Assembly (NCBI RefSeq): GCF_036321535.1
Contig: NC_087437.1
Span: 65,598,001-65,662,000 of the forward strand
Direction of reading: 5' to 3'
Length of the DNA stretch: 64,000 bases
DNA from: Camelus dromedarius
Taxonomy: Eukaryota
Shown: positions 54,937 through 64,000 of the stretch, one piece after another
How positions within the stretch are numbered: position 1 is the stretch's first letter
Layout of the letters: every line of letters begins with the position of its first letter
The notes under the pieces: model-generated
Database searches by the model: none
What the model was told of the DNA's origin: nothing
What the model saw: the letters and a program-made list of their open reading frames with translations, nothing else
Translations under genes and position numbers: made by a program

Positions 54937-55423
54937 TGTGACAGGCAGAATAATGGTTCCCCAAAGAACCTGTGAATATATTAGGTTATATAGCAAGGGA
55001 AAATTAAGGGTTGCAGATGGAATGAAGGTTGCTAATCAGTGGACCTTGAGATGGGGAAATTATCTTGAATTCTCCTGGTGGGCCCAATGTTATACAATCG
55101 TCTTTAAATATAGAAGAAGAAAGCAGGAAAATTAGAGTCAAAGTGATACAATGTGAGCAAGATTCAACTGATCACTGTTGGCTTTGAAGACAGGAGGGGG
55201 CCACAATCAAGGAATTGTGAGTAGCCTATAAAAGCTGGAAAAGGAAAGTAAACACTTTCCTAGAGCCTCCGGAAAGGAATGCAGTCCTATAAAGCCTGGA
55301 TTTTAGCCCAGTGACACCCATTTCATACTTCTAACCTCCTGAACTGCAAGATAATAAATTTATGTTGTTTTAAGCCACTAAGTTTTTGGTAATTTATTAC
55401 AGCAGAATTAGGAAACTAATATA
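54937..55423 (+). mobile_element. MLT1D-like MaLR solo LTR
   Basis: TGTGACAGGCAGAATAATGG...GGAAACTAATATA, with a perfect 5-bp TSD ATCTT (54932-54936, 55424-55428). Confidence 0.88.
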
Positions 55424-58400
55424 ATCTTCTAGTAGAATCACTTATCATTATTTACCTGAAAGGAGATAAAGCACAGAGTTTACTGAGAATTCAAATGAAA
55501 TATGTATTCTCCTCAAGTAAAGAAAAAATTCCAAAACAAATACCCTTACTATTTTAAGGGGCAAATCATACCTCTACTCCCCACCCTACCCTTCCCTTTC
55601 TGGTAGCCTCATTTTCTCTTCTGTGGGTCAACTGCATTCCCCCTCCTATGATATACCAAAATGCTATCAGAATCTACCACCTCTGCTACATTTCCAACAA
55701 TTTTCTCTTATATGAAATCAATTTACACACCTAGTACAGATTCTATCCATTCTATCCATTCTATTCTCTATTATAGTGTGACTTTAATTCCATCCATTAT
55801 CTTACTGAAAATATTTTTACCCTAATCAACTTCCTCTTGGCCTAATTCAGTTGTTTTTTGGTATTTCTGGTTTGTTTGCTTGTTTTTCATTTGTTTTGTT
55901 TTCTCCATCTTTTATCTCTCTGCAGTGCTGAGATACTCTTGAATTTCTTTCTTAATATTCTTTCCAAAGAAAGTTTCAGATTATCTGCCTCTACTCTTGA
56001 GTTTTCCTCGTATCATTCTGCTCAGTTCTCCTATGCCTCCATTGCTAGCTTTACATTTTCCATCTACTTAAATGTTTACAAACTGTAAGCATTTCCTCCA
56101 GATTTAATCTAACTTCTTAATTTACTGTACTGCTAATTTTCAAATTTTTTTGGTTTGCAGATATATAAACAGGTTTTTAGTCAATTTACAATGAACAAAT
56201 TAGACTGAACATTAAGCAATGCAATCAACTTTCTTGACAACCCAATTTTATTGTGTTCATTTAGGTAAAGTACTAGATTTCTAACATGACTGAAATCTAT
56301 AGGTGATTAACAGAGCAGAAAACCTGAAAAAACATAACTGTTTTCTCTAGCTACCCTACTTTTTAAATCCAGGTATTAAACCTACATCTAAAACCACCAT
56401 TATTTATAATGAAATGTACATATCTCAATATGATGCTGTTTTTATGATACATTCAATTCAAGAGATACTTACTGGATATATATAATCCAATTATAAGATA
56501 CAACTAAAATTGAAATATTAAATACTATATTTTTAATTAAAATTCATTATATTGATTACATATCATCATTGTATTCAAAATCATTCTCTACACCACCTAT
56601 AATGATTGGTAATTTGGGGACTCCAATAGAACTAAAATCATACTCTAATATCCTACATAAGTCCAGAAAATATAAGTGATTTTACTGATAAATCAACAAA
56701 AACACATAATTTCACTCTTACTATAGTCAGTTGGCTAGGAATGGTTTATGTCCTAATCATTTTTTTAACTCTGTATAATAAATACATTCTGAACAATAAA
56801 CTTGTCAAAATATCTTCTTGTTGTATTCCTTCAGTGACTATGAATGCTCCCCTTAACTAAGCCTCTTCATAGGTATCACAGTAGGCCTATTATGTACTTT
56901 TTGGAGGTGTTGTTCTATTCTTTACAACCATCTTCTATAAATCCTTTAAATATGATTTTTTTGCTTTCTAAAAATGTAATCACTGATTTTCTACTAGTCC
57001 TTACAAATAACTTTTAGCTTTACTTAGAAAATTAGAAATGATTGCCCAGTATACTTAATACATATTTTTAAATAAACACATTTGTGTTTAACATACATTA
57101 AAAGATTATCTTTTAAATATTAACAAAATTAAGAAAAATTATATTCTTTTTTTAAATGAAAAAGATAAGAACTGTCATTATAACTAAAATCTTTTATAAA
57201 GAACATTATTTTGACAATTAAGTAGGAACAAAAAAAAAACCTAATTCTCTCTTATGGTAAAAAAAACCCTCAATTTAAAAGCTTAAAACAGGGTTTCTAC
57301 TTGAAACCTTTAATGGAGATAGTCAAAGTTACTGCTATTAAACTAATATGTAAATGGGTCATAGAACTATAATGCAGGAAATCAATATGATCATTTTATC
57401 ATTAAAAGTAAACAACAGAACTTAACCCTATGATTTCTCACAGGCACATTTTCAAGGGAAGGCAGAAGGGGTCTGCATAAATGCACTAAAATTCAAGAAA
57501 TAGGAATTTGGTTTAATCACTAGATCACTAGCAATAACCCAACAGATAAACAAACTAGAAATCATGTAAGATTTTAAATTAGTTCTATACTGAGACATAC
57601 ACAAAGCATGACAGCACTGTTTGTTTTTAAAAACGTAAGAACTGCCATACTAAGTGAGACCAACAACCCAATTTGTTGACAATATACTAGGACCAAAGGA
57701 CCTTTTGTGAGAAAACATAATTGTTATCTATGGTAACCTAAAAATTTTGTAAACTTACTTCCCACAAACCTATACTCCCTTACTTGAGCCTGAATCTGCA
57801 CCCTTATGCTCTTAGGATAAGCAAAGTAGAAAGTCTGGAGTACTGAAAAACTTGGCTTTGTTTTTTTTAGTTCTTAAAAAATTTATTATAATTCTTTTTG
57901 GTTCTTAAACTTGTTCACATTTCAATCCTACCTAATCCTAAGGTAGTTTAATTCTTCTGGTTTGCCTCCATTACTATTCTTAAAGATGTCTATCCTCTAC
58001 TGTCCATTTTGGTGACAAGAGCATGAAGTCTTTGTCAGACACTTTAACCATAATAAGTTATCCTGCAGTGTCAACTGTACTCTCTTCAATTCTATCAGTT
58101 TGTAAATATAGAATGAGACAAGTCTACACATCTCAGGGATTCTTGTATAGTTCTTTTAATGAATGAAAGTTGCAGAAATGTGGAACTGTGATCATTGACT
58201 TGTGCCAATCTCAGTTACAGAACTTCCCAAGTAAAATGATATGAAATTAGAAGAATTATGGAGATGATGAAAAACCTGGAGAAGGGATATCTAGGCAATT
58301 AATCTTTCAGCTTTCCAGGGTCCTAGACAGCCCAACTCTCCACAGTACATGACTATGTTTCTGATCTTACACCTATTTAGTTGGGAAGATCTGATATTAT

Positions 58401-58934
58401 GTTTGGTATAAAGATCATGATTACAAATCCATTTCCCTGTGGAAGTTAAACTAGTTATCTACATGTTGACTCTGACACCATGACTATTTATAAAAACAGC
58501 TTATAAATGTTGATGAATAGTGAGTTGCCTAATTTAAGAGTTTATTCAAAACTTTAGGAATTATGCCATCTGGTTCTGGTGATATATTTATTTTTGTCTA
58601 TTTTGTTAATTAGGTCTAGAACATCCCATGTGTTTGTCACTGTCAATCTAATACTTCTGAATTGTTCCCCTATAAAGATCATTTGGAAACAAGAACGTTC
58701 CTAGTATCTTCCTCATAAAAACTGAAATAAATTTAATTGAATTTTTCTACAATGTTTTCCATATCTTTCTGAAAAGTACATAACATGTTCCTAAAGTTGT
58801 GCCACTCCTTCATTCAATGGTTTCCTTGTGTTTATGTAATATAAAATGTATTTAATAAAAGCCTTTTCCAAAAGGATGTTCAAAATGACATCTACTTTGC
58901 TCTTAACACATCACTCTATCAGATTCCTTGCTCT

Positions 58935-59630
58935 TACTCATTCATTCTTTCAACAAATATTTGCCTTCTATGTGGCAGGCTCTGTTCTATGAATTAGTGA
59001 GACAGTTGTAAACAAAATAAACCTCTGCCCTCAAGGAGTTACATTATAATAGGAGAAGCAAACAACAAGCAAATAACAGGTAATTGTACTGTGTTATCAA
59101 TAAAAAATAATCAGGATAAGGGTAGAGAGTAAACAGGATGACCAGAGGTCAATGAAGATCTGAGAAGTTAAGAGTTGAACTAAGAACTGAATGATGCAAA
59201 TGGAACAATATAATTATTTGGGGGGGAGGTGTTCCATGTAAAGGAAACAGCAAATGCAAAAAGCCCTGAGCCAGGAATAAAGCCTGAGAAATAGTAAAAA
59301 AGCTAATGTAGCTGGTTCAGAGTAAGTAACAGAAAGAATAGTTGAAAATTATGTCTTGTCAGGGGCCAGATCATTTAGAGCTTTTAAAGACAAAATAGGA
59401 CTTTTGATTTTAAGACAAATGAAAAGCCACTGAAGAGTTCTGAGCAGGAATGACATGATATGATTTAAATTTTAAAAGGATTCTTTTACCTATTATGAGA
59501 TGGGGATCATGGCAAAGCCCACGTGAAAGCAGGGAAAACACTTGGAAGGCTGTAAAATAGTCCAAGCAAGAGATGTGGTGGAAGAGACATGGTCAGATTT
59601 GGGATGTAGTTTTAAGGGAGAGGTAACAGA
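58935..59630 (-). mobile_element. L2 3' region relic
   Basis: 'tcattcattctttcaacaaatattt...ctatgtggcaggctctgttcta...cctctgccctcaaggagtttaca'. Confidence 0.75.
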
Positions 59631-59699
59631 ATAGTCTTTATCATCTCAAAGTCTCTAGGTTTCCTGAGGAATTGATCATGTTCCCTTTTCTAATGAATA

Positions 59700-59905
59700 A
59701 GAAAAATGAAGCAGAAAAAGTACTGGATTTGAAAATCAAAGACCAGAGTGTTAAACTTAGCTATGTCTCTTACCAACTTGGAGATATAGGGATACCACTT
59801 AAATTCTCTGGCCTCAGATATCTCAGTAAAACCAAAATGCTAACACTTTCCTTGACTTCTTTATAGTACTGTTATGAAGGTCAAATGGGATATCTTACAG
59901 ATGAA
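59700..59905 (+). mobile_element. MIR relic
   Basis: 'ccacttaaattctctggcctcag...gttatgaaggtcaaatgggata'. Confidence 0.6.
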
Positions 59906-60602
59906 GCTTATTTTAATTTAACCAACTTACTAGATGAACAATAACTCTAAATTCTCTTCATAAAACATAGATTGATACTAATGGTTCATTAAATGCTTAA
60001 AACTAGGAAATTCTCTAGCTAGAATACTCATACTCTCCTGCTCCCAGACTAATTAGGTATGGGCCAGTTAACTACAGGGATGAACATAAAATATATCTAG
60101 AAAATACATACACACACATATATACATATGTTCATCCATACTTTGTATATGTCTGTATATATATATATCTATTCATTGAGATTATACACACATGGGTATA
60201 AATTGTCAGGTGTTACATATCATCTAGAATTTACTTGTTTGTTGAAATATGTTTTTATTTATAGGAGAGATGTATTTGAAGAACTATTACAACATATAAA
60301 AACTACATGAAGTCTTAAGTTCCACTTATACAGTGATAAATATATGTATACGTGTGTGTGCGTGTGTGTGTGTATATCTCATCTGATACTTAAGTTTCCT
60401 CCAAAAGCATATAAGTCCTTATTCTACTTTAAACAAACTAAAACTGAAGATTGTAGATAATGAATTTGGGATGGTTTGTGGATTAGAAGTCCACACAGAA
60501 CTCCAATCAGAGAACCAATACTCAATAAAAGAAATCTGTCATTTATCAAAAGATTTGTAAATTGATGTAGAGTTGTATTTTCAGTTAAAATCAAATGCTT
60601 AA

Positions 60603-61061
60603 ATAAAAAAGAAAATAATGCCATTTGCAGCAATATGGATGGACCTGAGGATCATCATTCTAAGTGAAGTGGGTGGGAAAGAGAAGGGAAAATGCCACAT
60701 GACATCATTTAGATGAGGAACCTAAAAAAATAATAATAAGGACACAAATGAACTACTTATTATTTATAACTTAGATGACTGATTTCTTGAATATGTGTAA
60801 GCACATTTGACTGTCCTTTATGATTGGATTACCACATTCTATTGATTCTTATTTTGTAGTTGGCTTTATTCCTTTGTTAACCATGTAAGTTTAAAAAGCT
60901 AAAGCTCTAATTTTTGCTTAGAAACAATGATCAGTACATATATGTAAACTAAAAAAAAGTGCAGTATATTGTATATATGTATTTACATGTAATATAATGT
61001 ATATGTGCAGTCGAACTGTAATAATTCCACCTAAAACTAAAAAAGGAAGAAAAAACATTAA
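60603..61061 (+). mobile_element. L1 ORF2-end fragment fused to an atypical 3' sequence, TSD-flanked
   Basis: TSD AAAATCAAATGCTTAA/AAAATAAAATGCTTAA (60587-60602, 61062-61077); L1 similarity only to ~60754. Confidence 0.7.
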
Positions 61062-62114
61062 AAAATAAAATGCTTAAGATATAGCATTATTAATGAATTT
61101 ATGCTTTAATCTCTTCAACTAACCAACCACCCATGTATATGCTACTTTATTGATAAAGTATATCAAGTACCAACTATACTGGTTCTCAATACTGACTAAC
61201 TGTATATCAGACTCTCCTGTGGGGCTGAATAATTGATTATAATTTATTTTTTAAATGTATGCCAATAAAGTACCATATTTATTTGTTTTAATAGATGTTA
61301 TTTACTGTGGTTTCACATAATATTTTTGTTTGTAGATCACCACTGCTCTAGGGAAACCAACAGAATTTTTAGCAGGAAAAATGACATAATTAACATTATA
61401 ATTTAGAAATAATCATCATTGTAACAAAATGAATTAGAACAGTGTAAAACAAGAGGTGACAAGATCAGTTAGGAAGTGATTTCAAGAGACCAAGCAAGAA
61501 AATATGACAGAATGAACAAGTACTGGAGATGGTGAAAAGGGAATAAATTGTAGAAATACTAAGGAAATAGAATACATAGGACTTGATGACTGATCAAATA
61601 ATAGAGAGGAAAACGGTTTTCAAAAGAGCACATTCTACACTTATACTTTAATTTTGGCCATGTTGAAAAGGTAGAAGTACTCAGAAGATACCAACTGCTT
61701 AGTACTCAGATTAGAATGTTCTTTGTATATTTAATCAGTGATTCCAAATGAATTCCCCACTTTAGTAACAGTTTTAATTTTGAAATTTCCTTAATCCATC
61801 TTAACATATTTTATTACATCCAGATAACCTAAAGTCATACAACCACTTTTTAAAATTAACTATATTCCTATCCAAAAATGTCATAGTACTTTCCCCATTA
61901 AGATTTCAGTATTATTATCAGCGTTTAGCTCATATAGCTATCTATCCATATAATTTCTTTATAAATTGTTATCTAATATTTTATAACCCACTAGTTATAG
62001 TCATTCCACCAAGAACAAGGTGATTTTAAAACTTTAACAATAATATAAACATACATTTCATTGCCTTTTCCAACTTCTACACTGCCTTCACCTAATTTGT
62101 CTTATTGATCTTCC

Positions 62115-62280
62115 CAACAACCCTCTTAGGTAAGAAGAAATACTTATTACCATACTACAGATGAGAAAATCAAGTCTCAAGGCAGATAAATGGCTTGCCG
62201 AAGACTATAGGGCTAGAAAGTGGTCGAGCATTAAATAAATATAAATTTTCTGATTCTTAGGCCAGTGTTTTTCCTACCAT
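62115..62280 (-). mobile_element. MIR relic
   Basis: 'tacagatgagaaaatcaagtctcaaggcagataaatggcttgccgaag'. Confidence 0.7.
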
Positions 62281-63887
62281 AGTTTTGAAGTAGTACATAT
62301 TTAACTTCTGCCACTTTGCATGACTTTTTTGTCTGAATAAATAGAAAGGAGATTATATACCCCATTTTCCTCTGTTGCATTCACCCATTTCCCCTGAAAT
62401 GTTTTACTTAATGCCTTCTCTACCAGCTTTATAAACTCAACAGACCCATGCCATTCTGTTTCAGAAATTTATCTTTTCTATATCAATTTTACCTCTACTA
62501 AAACTCTCCTGCATCACTATGACATTCATGAACTGAGAGAATTTGGAAATCTTTTCAGAGTCTTGGAATGGTAATACTAATACGTCAAAGATTACAGAAT
62601 TAGGGCATAATTCCCCTGCTGAGCAGTTCAAATTTGACCTCCAGGACACATTTGCCTCATGACCACTATTAAGCTCCTCCCTAATTTGACAAAATATCTA
62701 TTATTTCAAAGTGAGGACAAAATTGTATATACCTTTGTATACAAAATTGTATTGTATATAGACTTCACAGGGTAGATTAGAATCAAATTTGTATATCTAA
62801 CCTAATTCTAAATAAACTTGCTTTTATGTAAACTAATATATAATATTTTAATAATTATAGATTTAATGTTTTTATAACCCTACTGGGAACAGAAACTAAG
62901 GCAAAAATTGAAACTTTCCCTTTATACATAATTTGTTTACTATAAAAAGAATTTTAATTTCAAAAAATTTGTGTTGAAATATTAAAAATTAAACAATTTC
63001 TATAATTTTAAAAATTTACTATTTCTTCTCATGTATTAAAATACAATTATAAAACAATATCTGCATCATATGAACGACTTGTTAACTTTTTCATTGCACA
63101 TGACATTCCTAGACTACCCCCCAAAAAAGGACAATAAAAATTATAAATCACTTTGTGTCAGAAAATAGAACAGTATCTCTCTATATTAACATAATGCTTG
63201 TTTGGTAAATTCTCATCTCCCCCCATCAGAATATCTATTTTAAGTTATTTATTAGAAGTTCAACACTACAGTATAATTACCTAAAATGTTTCCTCACTAA
63301 ACCAGAATATAGGCTGTTTTTGAGTTCTTACAAGTGTTACAAGTTCTTAACTATTAAGCCCATTTGGCATTTGTTTGTTTGTTTATTAAGAATTTAAGAA
63401 TCCAGGGGTATTTTTATTCAGAATTTTAAACAATATCATTAGGTCTTTAAAAATGAATATATTTACCTAGCTATTACCTACTTAATTCTAGCAACATCTT
63501 AATACCTTTAATCATTTTATACTGAATAATGAAATAAAATTAATTTCTCTGAATGACAGTACAGGATTAACCAGAATGATGATTTTCTCCTTCCATTTAC
63601 TACTCATACATAAATATTACAATAAAAAGTCCACAATTGGGCCTTAATATTATCTTGAAGATTCTACTTTTTATGTTTGCTTATTCCCCTCTAAACTCTC
63701 ATTGTTTTTTAAGTTGATGCTGACGTTGATGCCTAGAATAGCTCTATTAATTCAAACTGACCTACTCACAGAATTCTCTGCACCAGATTGATACTGGCAT
63801 CTCAACAATTTCCAGAACCTAATGTGTGTATTTCCTCACAGCAGCAAAATAAAGAAATAATAAGTTTTAAGCCAATTCGAAACTTAC

Positions 63888-64000
63888 CTTACAAATCTGG
63901 AAATAGTCTGAAGTCAAGGTTTCCTGAATCTCCTCTCTGAGAACCCCTGCAGTCCCTCCTGGATGCACGGAACCACTTCCAGCCCCACTACCACTGTTAC
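63888..64000 (-). CDS. STXBP5L: Syntaxin-binding protein 5-like (tomosyn-2), first coding exon, partial (runs off the window)
   Basis: The minus strand translates as NSGSGAGSGSVHPGGTAGVLREEIQETLTSDYFQICK, matching the STXBP5L N-terminus as I recall it. It ends at a canonical phase-0 donor, AAG|GTAAGT (GT = 63887-63886). Confidence 0.95.

Larger units (their letters stand above)
14056..63887 (-). other. STXBP5L: STXBP5L intron, 49,832 bp, U2-type GT-AG, phase 0
   Basis: Bounded by the GTAAGT donor and the TTTCAG acceptor of two exons that join in frame. Confidence 0.9.

Overview
Eukaryotic (mammalian) genomic DNA, AT-rich and dense in LINE-1. The tRNA-derived SINEs suggest a camelid (inference). 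The window lies inside STXBP5L (tomosyn-2) on the minus strand. It contains the 3' part of the first coding exon (63888-64000, ...EEIQETLTSDYFQICK), a 49.8 kb intron, a 98-bp exon (13958-14055, [32 protein letters not shown]), and the start of the next intron, which opens with a minor-spliceosome (U12-type) donor GTATCCTT. Most of the rest is layered transposon sequence: a full-length young L1 (27953-35068; 15-bp TSD, intact ORF1, ORF2 with 4 lesions), many truncated, nested or inverted L1s, two SINEs, several solo LTRs, and MIR/L2 relics. Most short ORFs in the track are L1 debris or noise. The most interesting observation is a twin-primed insertion at 43261-44337. Its reconstructed template RNA joined the ORF1 stop/spacer directly to the 3' UTR, i.e. 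an ORF2-less, 'half-L1'-like non-autonomous element. Also notable: a short 3' transduction, an L1 with a foreign 3' end, a spacer ORF overlapping the ORF2 start, and a likely L1-derived branch point for the STXBP5L exon. Boundaries of old repeats and subfamily names are approximate, judged by eye.
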